A DNA stretch of 64,000 nucleotides from Eledone cirrhosa (GCA_964016885.1 OZ024758.1:26164001-26228000), one strand, 5' to 3'. Numbered from the stretch's first letter, positions 50,628 to 63,572 are shown. A program made the numbers and translations. The notes: generated from the letters alone by a model not told the origin.

Positions 50628-53110
50628 ATATATATATATATATATATATATTGGTGACTGATTAAGTAGGAATTAAATATATTTTTCAAAATAGATTGAC
50701 CAACTTCTTTTGATTGTATCCGTAAATACACACAACTCTATCTGAATTGCTTATAAATATATTTGTAACTCGTCTTAACGAAGTTAAAGGTGTTTTGATA
50801 TTTTTTTTTTCGTTTTCTCTTGTAATTCCATTCACTTTTAGAATATTTGATTTCGATAGAATATTCTAGAAGTGAATGGAATTTCAAATTAACTTGAGTA
50901 ATGACAAATAACCTGTCAATCAATTAGATGTTCTGTGGCATGACAGTCTATTCAGTTCCATAACCAGTCTTTTAATAACAATAAAATCAAGAATACTCCG
51001 GTTGCTTAGCCTCTGGGTTTGGAACACTTTAAGTTTCCCGGTACCCGTGGGGAGATAAGGTGTAAGCTAATAGGTTTTGGTTTAAATGTTGCTGTTAGTA
51101 TTTAACAAGTAATGGAAATTTGGCGTCATTGGTCTAGAAATAAATTGAAAACATCTCTTCCGATTCACGGGATAAATTTCGTATTCTCTCCTCGTGTGTG
51201 TATATATATATATATAAATGAAAGGTATAGAAAACACTGCAGCGAAAAGCCAACAGCACTCCATAATATATATATATATATATATATACAATGATATTAA
51301 ATACATGGAAACTATATTTATAAAACCATATTTATTCTATTATCTATATTTCAAGGGTACCAAAAATATTGGTACGCTATCATCAGATAAAATACAAAAT
51401 GTTTTATAAATATTTGACATGACCAAGGATAATATACCTTAACGGTTCAAGTTACTCCTGGAAAGTCATTTAATATCATTGAATACTTACTCCAGAAATC
51501 TGTCGAGTGCTCTGAATCGGTTGTAAACTGATATTTGTTGGATTTCCAACAAATTAAATATCTCTTTTACACGCACGCACGCACGCACGCGCGCGCGCAG
51601 GACGAGCTCAGTCCTAATCCTAACGAGGTGAATCGGTCAAGGTATTTTCTTTTTCTTATTTCCAGAGCTATTGAAGAGATTCTCTTCATTTCAGTTTCGA
51701 AATATTTATATTTGAACACTGCTTTAAAACACCATTCCTCCCAGCATAAAGTAGTCTATTCTCGAATTTGTATCTAGAGAGGTTTGGAAATAAAAGGCAC
51801 CTTTGAATGCAGAAAAACTGCGAGCCCCATTTTTATTTGTTTGTGTTGTTTTTTTTTTTTACTGATTTAAGGCGTTGGACATCAATTTCGATTTTAAAAA
51901 CCATCCAGCTCTTATCCATTTCAGTAGCTTTTAAATGCCTTTTTCAAGTTGTTACAACATAACAGTTGGGTTTTACATGTGTCAAGTACTAAGTTAAAGC
52001 TTCGATTACCCATGCAATTATGACAAAAATTCCTTGGGTTTTACATGTTAAAAACAACCTAGGAAGATAACTCCAGTGAAACCACTTAAATGAATTTAGG
52101 GGGAATATAGACAATGCAGTAGGTGAGTGTATCGACTACTCTTTTGGTCAACTGGTAAAGAATGATGGACATGTTTCGACATTACACTACCTCGGCGAAG
52201 CAATCCATTTAGTTGCCAACTGGACTGTACTTGAAACAAAATTGCTGTTCCTTTAAGGATATACTGAGGTGTTTTAATTTAAATGGAATAATGTTTTGCC
52301 CCTCTACATTTTCTTACAGCTAGTTGTTCTTAATACTGCCTACTAGGCAACAATAAAATAGAATGTTTTTCAGCTAAATACGTATTGAATAAAATCATAG
52401 TACATTTTGAAACTATATATTTTATAAATATATATATAAAGTAATTGCTGGAAATTTTAGATTTTAACTATAGTAAACATAATTCAGGAATTGTTTTTAT
52501 AACCTTTTTGGTTTCTGTGGTTAATAAAGATATGAAACTAAGTGGTGGATTTCTCAAATTACAGACAAGATTTATTTGAGTGTAAGATTTGAGAGAATTT
52601 TGGTGGTGGCCATATCAAGTTTACCTGGTGAAGTAGAAGCAGGCACCTGTTGACTGTTCTCAATCAGTTTTGAAATCAGATGTTTATGAACTGAGATGCA
52701 AGTAGACTTTAGTAACTGGTTTGATGATATAGATTAAACAATGGCTATGCTACTAGCTTTCAATAAAGGTAGTTGTGAACTCTGGTGCTTCATCATATTT
52801 CTTTGTTTTGAGAGGGAAATTATCAGAACATGTTTGGTAGTTGTTGCACTGGGTTTGAAAATGAAAGGTACAGTTCCCACCTATGGAGGTTTAGCTGACC
52901 TCCTTATGATGTTTCATCTCGTAGGGTTCTTGAGTGTTCCAGAGTACAACCATGAAAAGCAATATGAAGTTAAGTATCTTGTTCAAGATCACAACAAACA
53001 GCCCAGTTCAGGAATTGAACCTAGGACCTGGATATCCTGTTCTCTGATTGTCCATTGTTTAAGGATTACTAAAATTATTGCTGTGGCAATATTTTGATGT
53101 ACTGCCCAAT

Positions 53111-53490
53111 GAAGGCACATGGCTTAGTGGTTAGAGCATTGTGCTTGCAATCGAAAGGTTGTGAGTTCAATTCTCAGACCGGGTGATGTGTTGTTTCCTT
53201 GAGCAAGACACTTTATTTCACATTGCTCCAGTTTACTCAGCTGTAGAAATGAGATGATAGGGACTGGGGTCCATATCATTCCACTGTAAAGTGGACGTGT
53301 AGGTGCCACGGCAAAAAATCACCCAGCCCACACTGTAAAGTGGACGTGTAGGTGCCACGGCAAAAAAGCACCCAGCACTCACTGTAAATGAGGTTGGTGT
53401 TAGGAAGGGCATCCAGCTGTAGAAATCAAGCCAGAATCAGTTCCCGTCCCACCCTTGCAAGCAGGGAAAAGCGGACGTATGATGATGATG
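53111..53490 (+). mobile_element. SINE family A copy in HSP90B1 intron 1
   Basis: Full-length with two internal units. TGATGTACTGC is repeated on both flanks. Confidence 0.88.
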
Positions 53491-54009
53491 TACTGCACTC
53501 ATACAGCAGTTGCACAGCTTAGAAGGAATGCTACTAGGCAATGGCATGAATTACTTGAAAACAGGTGTTCTAAAGCTGGGGTTAACCTTGCAGGCACTCA
53601 ACAAACTTCATGCTCATCATGAAGTTTTCTTTTGAGGAAAATATTTTACAGCTGAATGGATGCCCTCTTACCTATTCTCAAGCAACAATGCTACTAAATT
53701 CACATACCTAGATGCCTGGGCAATTAATTAGCAACTAGTGTTAGTACTGATGAGGAATTAGCTATAAGGGTTAATCTCTGCACAAGTTTTGTCAACTTTA
53801 ACTATAACCATATATGGTAAATGAGACCATTGACCTCATCATCAAAGATTGTCCTATATAATGCTTACATTGTAAGGTTTGGTTTAGAAAATCTAAAAAG
53901 ACTGTCATGCTTGACTGCCACTGAGCAAGCAAATGATTGTGAAGTCATGTGATAGCTATACATCATAGTACATAGATTCCACTCCATTTGTCAAATAGAT
54001 GGACAAAAG

Positions 54010-54440
54010 ATGTTTATTTTTAAAATAAAATTTAGTAAGAAAAAATGAAAAAGAGGAAAGAAAGAATAGGGAAATATAGAAAGAAAAAAAGAACAGGAAA
54101 GGGGTGCGGGTGGCAAGAGGGCAGAAGTGCTGCTGACAAGATGGCAAAAGCATTCTCTCCAGACGATGGCCAGCGACACCCGCTGCAAGAGCCACCCAAT
54201 CTTGCCACCGGCGCCCCGATCTTACAGAGGAGCTCGGCAGTATGGGGTGCAAGTACGCCTGAGGCCTCAACGGTGACCGGTGCGAAGAGGAAGCGGCCAG
54301 ACAGACCCCGGTATTTGTTTATTTTACGTTCTTCTGCAAGGTGGGTTTGTGGCCAGGGCGACTAAGTTGGAGGCGGAGAGCGTGTCGCAGCAGGTGGTGT
54401 CCCAGATGAGGGCTCTACCTCTTTTGAATGGGAAGAGTGT
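54010..54440 (-). mobile_element. CRE-clade-like (restriction-like endonuclease) non-LTR retrotransposon 3' fragment in HSP90B1 intron 1
   Basis: - strand, with frameshifts: TLFPFKRGRALIWDTTCCDTLSASNL / AEERKINKYRGLSGRFLFAPVTVEASG / WLLQRVSLAIV, then a T-rich UTR and AATAAA. GC-rich island in an AT-rich intron. Confidence 0.7.
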
Positions 54441-56906
54441 AAACTTTTAAATAAGTTTGTATATGTTGATTTATCTGGTTCTTGTAAATGTCAAAAGAAA
54501 GCCTGACTAGGTGTAGTAAAAATGAAACGAGGGGGGAAAATGATCTAGAACTTCAATCCTGATAAAAATTACACAACTGATTTGATCACACATGTTAAAT
54601 CTTCACTATGTATTAAACTGATGTTCTGGTAGTTACTGTAAGGGCACTTATCACCCCTCTTGAAGAAATGTAGTATTACATCACTATAGTTTTGTGGAAG
54701 AGATCTGTCCCAGCCATAAATAATCACACAGTGCATATGTAGTGGTTAAGGTATGCAGCTCACAATTGTGAGTTCGATTCCTGACGGTGTGTTGTTCTTG
54801 AACAGGACACTTTATTTCATGTTGCTCCAGTCCACTAAGCTGTCAAAAATGAGTTGCACATGTAATTCAAAGGGCCATTGATGTCAAGTTGGTGTCACGA
54901 TGAATCTCCTTGAGAATTACATTAAGTGTACGTGTGTCTGTGGAATGCTCAGCCACTTGCACGTTAATTCCACAAGCAGGTTGTTCTGTTGTTCAGATCA
55001 ATTGGAACACTTTTCATCGTAACTGATGTAGTGCCAATTATATAAGACATGGTTGAGTAGGTCCACAAAACATTCAATCTCATCATTGACTATGGTACTC
55101 ATCTGGGTTTGAAGTAGCTGCATCTTGGGCATCGAGGAGCTTTATGAGTAGCCCTTTATTGTAGATTTTTAAAATAGGTGCAGTTTCCATGACTCCAATA
55201 GAAGCTGCATGCTGTCCAGAATGATAGTGCACCATACTTTATGGATATGGTTGGTCATTTGTCTTATGAGTCATTGATAGCAAACTGACACTTTTGGAGC
55301 ATAATTGGACCTCTGGGTTCTATTGTACGGTCTGATATCATTAATTCTTGAGTTGCTGCTCTTGAGAAAGTTTCTAGAACAACGCTTGAGCTACCATATA
55401 AAAAGGTTACTTTGCATTTTGTATAGAGATGTGATACTCTGTGCTTTTGTTGGTATTCTTTTGGGATGAGTTGAGACAGATCCAACTGGTGAATCCATAA
55501 TAGCATGAAGCCAACCACACTTGGTGATCAGAGGTTTGATGCCAAGATCAACGATTTGATTCTAGCAGTAGACACCATAGACAAGGGCCAGATATCAATA
55601 CCAGATCTGATGCACTTGTACTAATCCATGTTTTTGGCTGTCCATCGCAGATGAGTTCACCTTATTAACAGTATCTGACCAAACCAACAGATGTATATTT
55701 TGAATAGGAGTTATTGAAGCAAATTAATCCAAAATGCAATCACAAGATTCACTTCTAGTTTTCATAAAGCCACCATTCTAATTGTCCTCATTTTGTAGTC
55801 ATTCAGCAGAATGGTGTGAAAAAGGCACTGAAGATACTTTTTGTGGCTAGATAGCTTTCTTCCTTTGACAACAGAATACTACTGCATTCTGCATCTTACA
55901 TGGATGATGCATCTATCTATCTCATCTTTACACTTGCAGATGCATCTATCTATCTCATCTTTACACTTGCAGATGAAGTATCCACATAAAAAGAAAAATG
56001 CTGTATGTTACTTGAACAGCATTGGAATATATTTTGTTGGATATTCAATATGTGAGCTAAAGCAATAGATATTAGCTTCATATATGAATGGACTTGGGTA
56101 TTTTAAAACTGACGGAGTCCTTCCCCTCTCTAAGTTTGAACATATCCAATTTTTTCCAGAGAGAGAGGTAGCAGAATTGTCTCTAGTACTAGACTGGTAC
56201 TTTTGACTGACCTTCGAAAGGATGAAGGGCAAAGTTGGACTTGGCTGGATTTGAACTTGGAGCCAAAACAAATGCTACAAACCATTCTAACAACTGTTAA
56301 TTTGCTATTTCTGTCACATTACAAGAGACAATTGAACCATAAGACAAATTGGATAAAGTACCAGTCTAGATTAAGACTTAAAAATTCAAGGTTTTATTGA
56401 TTTAACTGTATTGCAACAAACTTGTATTAAAATGGAAAAGCAAGTCAATATATTCCTGATTAAAGTGGAAAAATTTAATTTTTTCTGCTTAGCTGAAAAA
56501 AATGAGTTGCAATGACACTGGTGTTAATCTGTATCAACCTTTACCTTGGATAACACTAGTGGTGTGGAGAGGGGAGACTGGTATGCATGGGTGACTGTTA
56601 GTCTTCTATAAAAGCACCTTGCTCCTTGGAGAAGATTTTTGCAGGTGAAAATCCATGGCCATACTTACATCTTAGATGTATAAGAATAAAAAATGTCACT
56701 TAGTCATTGTAATATCAAGAACTATATAATGATATAACCTTTTTTTTTTTATACATTCATATATGTGTGTGTATGTATAAAATCATCAAATAGATGTCAT
56801 TTAGCAATATCTAGTAAAACCTATAAACTGTCAAATTTTGAAGTATTTGTTATATCTTTTCATTACATTCTTATATTTACTTTTCCACCTTCTTTATTTC
56901 AATCAG

Positions 56907-57015
56907 CTTGCATCTCAGCAGCCGCTAGTGATGAGACACCTGAAGCTGTTAGTGTAGAAGAAAGCATTGGGAAATCACAAGATGGTTCAAGAACGGATGA
57001 TGAAGTGGTTAAAAG
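56907..57015 (+). CDS. HSP90B1: HSP90B1 coding exon 2 (ACISAAASDETPEAVSVEESIGKSQDGSRTDDEVVK)
   Basis: Pyrimidine tract and CAG acceptor at 56904-56906, donor AG|GTAATT. Contains the GRP94-specific N-terminal motif GKSxxGSRTDDEVV. Confidence 0.95.
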
Positions 57016-57217
57016 GTAATTTAAAAAAATTACTTTATTTTTTTATCAGTCTATTCTTTTTCATTTTAGCTCGGATTTATTGGCTTTTGTAAATTTAGAA
57101 AGTTTAATATTGGAGTGGTTGGGCTTTTTACCATCTTATTTGCAGTGTAAAATTGTTAGTTCACTTTCTCTTAGTATTATTATTGATCTGTTGATCATGT
57201 TTTCTACGTTCATCTAG

Positions 57218-57359
57218 AGAGGAGGAAGCAATTAAGCTTGATGGGTTAAATGTAGCTCAGATGAAAGAACTACGAGAAAAAGCAGAAAAATTTGCATTCC
57301 AAGCTGAAGTAAACCGAATGATGAAGCTTATTGTCAATTCATTATACAAAAATAAAGAG
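57218..57359 (+). CDS. HSP90B1: HSP90B1 coding exon 3 ([48 protein letters not shown])
   Basis: TAG acceptor, GAG|GTTAGT donor, 142 nt. Hsp90 signature [21 protein letters not shown]. Confidence 0.97.
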
Positions 57360-57485
57360 GTTAGTATTTACTACAGTTATTTTGTGTTTAAAATTTTAAT
57401 CATTCATAGCATTACTTGAAAATTTAGTTGTTACTAATATTTCTTTTGCATTTGTTTGTTAAACATTATTTTTTGTTTCTTATAG

Positions 57486-57602
57486 ATCTTTCTTCGAGAA
57501 CTTATATCTAATGCTTCTGATGCATTGGATAAAATAAGATTTCTGGCTGTTACTGATCAGAATGCACTTGCAGCTACTGACGAGCTGAGCATAAAGATTA
57601 AG
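57486..57602 (+). CDS. HSP90B1: HSP90B1 coding exon 4 ([39 protein letters not shown])
   Basis: TAG acceptor, AAG|GTACTT donor, 117 nt, phase 0-0. Hsp90 family signature [18 protein letters not shown]. Confidence 0.97.
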
Positions 57603-58588
57603 GTACTTTCAATTTAAATACTTTCTACTTTCAAAACTAATTTTCTGTAAAATATTAAGTTTTTTTTATGAATCAAATATAAATATGAAAACCACTTATG
57701 TTCTTTAATTGCCATGTTTTATGTTGCCATGGTTTTGAGTTTTAGCTAACAGTTGTATTTTACCTTCTACTTTAAAACAACCTCCTCAACATTGAAATAA
57801 ATACACAGCTGAAAATCGAAACCATGAATTAGCAATTTAACTGTGCATCTAATATTATTGTTGCATGCACCTGGTATTATTAGCCCTGATTATTTATGAA
57901 GTGGGCAATGAAAATGCAGAAACAATGACAGAATAATGGCTTGTGGTATTTAGTTGCATCCTTTTGTTATGAGTTAAAATGCCATCAGGTTCTATTTTGT
58001 ATTACAGTCTTCCAGAGTTGATAATAGGAACTATTAATACACTGAAATCAATTTGACTGTCAATTCTTAAAAAGTCAGTTGAATTAGCAGACATAAAACA
58101 CTTCCAGACACTATTTATTCATTAGACTGGATACTTTAGAATATCTAATGCTTCTTTCAACTTATTTCAAATCATGTCTGGATTAACTTTGCTTTTTATT
58201 CATTTAGTGGGATGGGCTTTTGTAGATCTCCACTCCATCTGTTGAGATTGGTGCAGCTGATGTCCAACCTGAATTTCTTTTGGTTCGTGTCTGTACAAAA
58301 ACATTTAGAAAGAGCACTGCAGTTCTAGATAGGAAAAATTGATAAGTGTTTTGTAGAGATTGTTTTAAAGGAGGTTATATACAGTCTGTTTATCTAGGAA
58401 TACAGAAGCTGTTGCACTGTGTTATATTTTTGCAATTCTGCCATGGTTTTATGCTTCATATGAGGCTATCCTGAAAATACTATTGTTGCATGTCTCAAAA
58501 CATTGACCTTACTCCCACTCAAATAAAATCAATTTTTAATTTTTTTTATTTTCCGATGTTAATAAAACATTCAGGCAACTTCAATATT

Positions 58589-61500
58589 TTAACCCTTTAG
58601 CATTTACTTTATATATAGTGTAGGCATTTTCCTGGCTGAGAAACGGATCAATAAGACAATAGAGGTAGTTCGAGTTAGTAATCGAATAATTAAGCTTAGA
58701 TTAGTTGTAGGTAGGAGACTACTGACAATCATCTCGGTCTATGCTCCCCAAGCAGGCCTAGGCAAAGATGAGAAAGACTGCTTTTATGAGCAACTTTTGC
58801 AAACAACCACAATGACAGAGGACGGAGACATCGTTATGCTAGCAGGAGACTTCAATGGTCATGTTGGACAGCTCCAGGATGGTTACACTGGGGTACATGG
58901 TGGGCACGGTTACGGTTCAAGAAATGAAGAAGGAGTGAGACTTCTTGAGTTTTGTGATGCAAGTACATTGACTATTTGCAACACAAACTTCCAGAAACCT
59001 GCCAATCACCTAATAACCTACAAATCTGGTGAGCACATAAGCCAGATTGACTTCCTGCTAGTTAGGCAGCGGGACAGGCAGATAGTGTCTAATACCAAGG
59101 CATACCCTGGGGAAGAATGTACCCCACAGCATAGGTTAGTTGTTAGTGATATCTCAGTAAGCAAGAGATGGAATGAGACATATAGGAAGGTGTGGAGAAG
59201 AAAGGTCTGGAAGCTAAAAGACCTTTCACTAAAATTCAAATTTAGGAAAGCCCTTCAAGATGTATATGGCGAAAAAGAAGACGATTTAGAGACGTATGAC
59301 ATAGATAATAACTGGAAGTTCTTACGTGACAACTTGCTGAAGGCTACTGATGAAACCTGTGGCTGGAGCAGAGCTCCAACCAGACAGAGAGTGACCTGGT
59401 GGTGGAACAGCACAGTAGATAAGGCTATTAGAGACAAAAGACTAGCATGGAAGGCTTGGAAAAAGGGTGGGAGTAGGGAAGAATATACAGCCACTAAGAG
59501 AGAAGCTAGACGTCAGGTGTACTTAGCACGCAGGGAGGCAGAGAGTAGGAGGTTTGCCAATGTTCTGCGACGGGAAGATCAGAGGCGTGCGGTGTTCCAC
59601 ATTGCAAGGCAGTGTGTCAATGCAAATCAGGATGTTGTTGGTGATAAATGTGTCCGGGATGATGCCGGTGTACTTGGTGTCACGAATGACCAGAAAAAGG
59701 AGGCCTGGAAATGTCATTATGAGAGACTGATGAATGTGGAGAAAGAATGGGAGAGAGAGAAATTACCCTTGGTAGATCCGACAGAGGGACCAGCTATTGA
59801 GATTGACGAATATAGGGTCCAAGAGGCGATTAGGGAAATGAAAAATGGTAAGGCGGCCGGACCATCGGGAATAGTTGCTGAGATGCTGAAGGCATCAGGG
59901 GACGTAGGCACTAAACTGGTTGCACGCATCATCAATCAGGCTATATATGGTGGTGTCATACCCAAAGACTGGTGCAGCAGTATTCTCATAAATTGCTACA
60001 AAGGTAAAGGGGATGCTTTGGAGAGGAGCAATTATAGGGGTATAAAACTGATAGATCAGGTTATGAAAGTGGCAGAAAGGATTTTAGCACAACTAATTAG
60101 AGAAAGGGTCAAACTAGATGAGATGCAGTTTGGTTTTGTGCCTGGGAAGAGTACAACAGATGCCCTCTTCTTGGTGAGACAAATGCAAGAGAGGTTCTTA
60201 GAGAAGAATAAGCCACTATACTTAGCCTTTGTTGACTTAGAGAAGGCCTTTGATAGGGTACCCCGATCTGTCATCTGGTGGTCCCTAAGGAAGCTGGGTG
60301 TTGAGGAATGGCTTGTGAAGACAGTGCAAACTTTGTACAGAGGTACTCTCAGTAAAGTCAGGGTAGGAATGGAGTTTAGTGAGGAATTCCAGATACAAGT
60401 AGGAGTACATCAGGGTTCGGTCCTCAGCCCGCTCTTGTTCATTATAGTCCTCCAAGCCATAACAGAGGAGTTTAAGACTGGCTGTCCATGGGAACTTCTC
60501 TATGCTGACGATCTGGCTCTTATGGCAAAATCAGTAGAGGAGCTAGAGAATAAATTCCGGCTATGGAAACAGCAGTTGGAAGCAAGAGGACTGAGAGTAA
60601 ATCTAGCTAAGACAAAAGTGTTGATGAGTAGAAAAGAGGACAAAACCCTGATTCCGTCAGGGAAATGGCCATGTTCGATATGCAGAAAAGGAACTGGCAT
60701 AAATTCTATAAAATGCACACAATGTAGGTCCTGGGTACACAAGAGATGTAGCGGGATAGCAGGCAAACTAACAGGTAGGGAGAAATATGTATGCAGTAGA
60801 TGTACAGGGAAATTAGACAGAAGTCGCACTGATAGACACATTTTTCAAGTGCAAGAGGGCGCTATAGAAGTGGTGGATAGCTTCCGGTACCTAGGAGATG
60901 AGAATAGCATGGGAGGAGGGTGTTCCGAGGCCATAGTATCTAGAATAAGGACGGGTTGGAAGAAGTTTAGGGAGCTGCTTCCTCTGTTGACGAAGAAGGG
61001 TTTCTCCCTGCGTACGAAAGGCCGGTTGTATGATGCCTGTGTGAGGAGCGCGATGCTGCATGGTAGTGAGACATGGGCAGCAACCGCTGGAGAGAAATGA
61101 GGCAAGCATGCTCCGTTGGATGTGCGTGAACGACCCAGCATAAATGTGTTGAGAGAGAAACTGTGTCTGAGAGGGATAGAATGTAGTGTACGGGAGAGGA
61201 GACTGAGGTGGTATGGACATGTGATGCGCATGGAGGATGACCGATGGGTGAAGAAGTGCCAGGAAATGCCAGTTGAAGGAAGACGTGGTAGAGGTAGACC
61301 ACGAAAAACATGGGCGGAGGTGGTGAGAACAGACCTCAGATCATTGAAGCGCACGGTGGAGATGACGAGGGACCGTGACGAGTGGAGAGATGCTGTGCTG
61401 AATAAGACCCGTCCCACCCTTGCAAGCAGGGAAAAGCGGACGTAAAATGATGATGATGATGATATCGTATTTTCACACAATATCTTGCATAATACCAAAT

Positions 61501-61623
61501 CTATGAGATTTGGATGTTATTTATTTTAGAACAATACCTTGACATCAGTATGAGTGGCCGGTTTGAACAGAAAGAGGTGAGAATTCTGGCTGGATATAGC
61601 CGGTTTAAATGCTAAAGGGTTAA
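58589..61623 (+). mobile_element. piggyBac-type MITE interrupted by the RTE LINE
   Basis: TTAA|CCCTTTAGCATT at 58589 and AATGCTAAAGGG|TTAA ending 61623. Internal sequence matches the about 215 bp uninterrupted copies elsewhere. Confidence 0.85.
58617..61462 (+). mobile_element. RTE-clade LINE, 5'-truncated (partial APE endonuclease + reverse transcriptase + PHD-like zinc finger), in HSP90B1 intron 4
   Basis: Reading frame open from about 58620 to 61100: YAPQ, GDFNGHVG, SQIDF (APE); QFGF, FVDLEKAFD, GVHQGSVLSP, YADD (RT); CSIC..C..C...H..C...C..C finger. C-terminus RLRWYGHV...RGRPRKTW lies in 61116-61445. (ATG)n tail. Confidence 0.95.
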
Positions 61624-61712
61624 GCTTTTTTTTTTTAAGTGCTTGGATATTAATTTAAAGAGTGATGTTAGCATCTATGAAATTTTCCAATATGAACCTT
61701 TCCTTTTTTTAG

Positions 61713-61908
61713 GCTGACAAGGAAAATCACATACTTCATATAACAGACACTGGTATTGGTATGACCAAAAGTGATTTAATCAACAATTTAGGAACTATTG
61801 CCAAATCTGGTACAAGTGAATTTCTGAAAAAACTAGATACAGATGGAAGTACAGAAATGAGTGACTTGATTGGCCAGTTTGGTGTTGGTTTCTATTCTAC
61901 TTTCCTTG
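61713..61908 (+). CDS. HSP90B1: HSP90B1 coding exon 5 ([37 protein letters not shown]...[14 protein letters not shown]); gene continues beyond the window
   Basis: Poly-T/AG acceptor, G|GTAAGT donor. GHKL ATPase motifs [17 protein letters not shown] and [10 protein letters not shown]. Confidence 0.97.
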
Positions 61909-63572
61909 GTAAGTCTTAGATTTATACTTTTTTCTGTTCCAACTATAAAAACTATATCTATTTCCCATGCTAGCATAGGTTGGACCATGTTGCAAATATT
62001 CGGATTCTTCTTTTTACATCTCTCATAAATGTGAATTGATTTAGACACTGTAAAGTGGTCATACTGGTGACGCAACTAAAGGCACCCAGCCCATTCTGTT
62101 AAGTGGGCGTGCTGGTGACACGACAAAAAGCACCCAGCACTCACTGTAAATTAGGAAGGGCATCCAGCTGTAGAAACCAAGCCCAAATGAGTTCTGTATG
62201 TGCACGACATGGTCACTTGACCTAGCATTGCCCATAACAGTACAACCCATCTAACCCATGCTAGCGTGGAAAACTGACGTAAAATGGTGATGATGATGAT
62301 GAATTTTGTTATAGAAATATTTATCACTCCTACAAAACAGGTTCTAAGATACCAGATTACATATTACTAGCAGAGAAACACTGAAATGATGGTGATTATA
62401 CTTTTAATAAAGTTTTGTGTATGGCTATCATCACTGGTTTCAAACAAGATAATAGGTCTTGGTATCTTATCTATTCAGATGTCTGCACTCCAGAGCTAGC
62501 TCATCATCATCATCATCATCGTTTAACGTCCATTTTCCATGCTAGCATGGGTCTGGACGGGAATTGTCCCACTTGAGGCAAGATTGGTTGTCTTGCTCAG
62601 GACTGTCTGGCGGATGCCCTTCCTAACACCAACCACGTTTACAGTGTGGACTGGGAGGTTTTTACCGTGTTACCTACACGGCCACATTACAGCGTGGACT
62701 GTGTGTTTTTTTGTTGTGACACCTATATGACCTCATTTATTTAGGACTGGATGTTGTGGTACCAACATAGCTTTACATCGAAAGGGGTGGTGTAGGATTA
62801 GTGGGACGGGGGTGTATTTTGGTTAAGAGGTGCCTACTGACTGTAGGTTTCGCTTTGTACTTAGGCAAGGCGGGTCTTCTGTATTACTTCGTAGCGCCAA
62901 AGAAACTCTTGAATCTTTGTTCTTGAGCAAGAAGCTTCATTTCATTTTGCTTTTCATGATAGAGGATAGGGACTCCTATAATTTAAACACAAATTTTTTT
63001 TTTCCAAAACATGCTAATGTGTCATCTTCCAATATATCAAAGTTGGTGGAAAATGGTCATAACCAGCCACATCTTTCATAGTTTTCACCTTCAGTGACAA
63101 CAGCACTATTTTAACTGTCTAGCATGGTAACTTCCTAGTTACCCACCTATGGATTCCATTTCTCTCCTATTTGGAAGTCTTTTTGTCAAACCTTTTCATT
63201 GCAACATGTGCTTAAGAGGCTTGTTAATCTATTGTCTCCCGTATTTTTCTTTCCTTGAATTATTTAGCACTCTCCACTTTTAGCCAATCCTGTACTAAAC
63301 ATTCTATTCAATCAGTCTCTAACTGTATTTTTCTTCCAGACTTGGAACAAAATTTCAAACTAAACATTAAACCTTGTTGATCTCTCCACAGTCTGGGAGG
63401 GCCTGCATAAATCAAGGGTTCCTACTTATTTTTTGGTTTTTAATTTTAGCAACTTTGAATCTGATTCATATACTTGAAATGAATTATATTAAACTCTTAG
63501 TTACTCAGAATAGATATATTGGTTGCACTACCTACATGAGTTTTGGCTTAATCCCTTCTTACTTTCTAAATA

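Noticed and set aside
54045-54365. + strand 106-aa basic ORF in a GC-rich island
   Set aside because: The recognisable motifs are on the - strand (retrotransposon endonuclease); the + ORF is its shadow.
56765-56906. 5' part of ORF 56765-57019 as the GRP94 N-terminus
   Set aside because: This is intron sequence (pyrimidine tract and acceptor at 56906). The signal peptide comes from the 48787 exon.
61833-62075. - strand 80-aa ORF overlapping exon 5, and antisense ORFs within the RTE
   Set aside because: Shadow ORFs of genuine + strand coding sequence.
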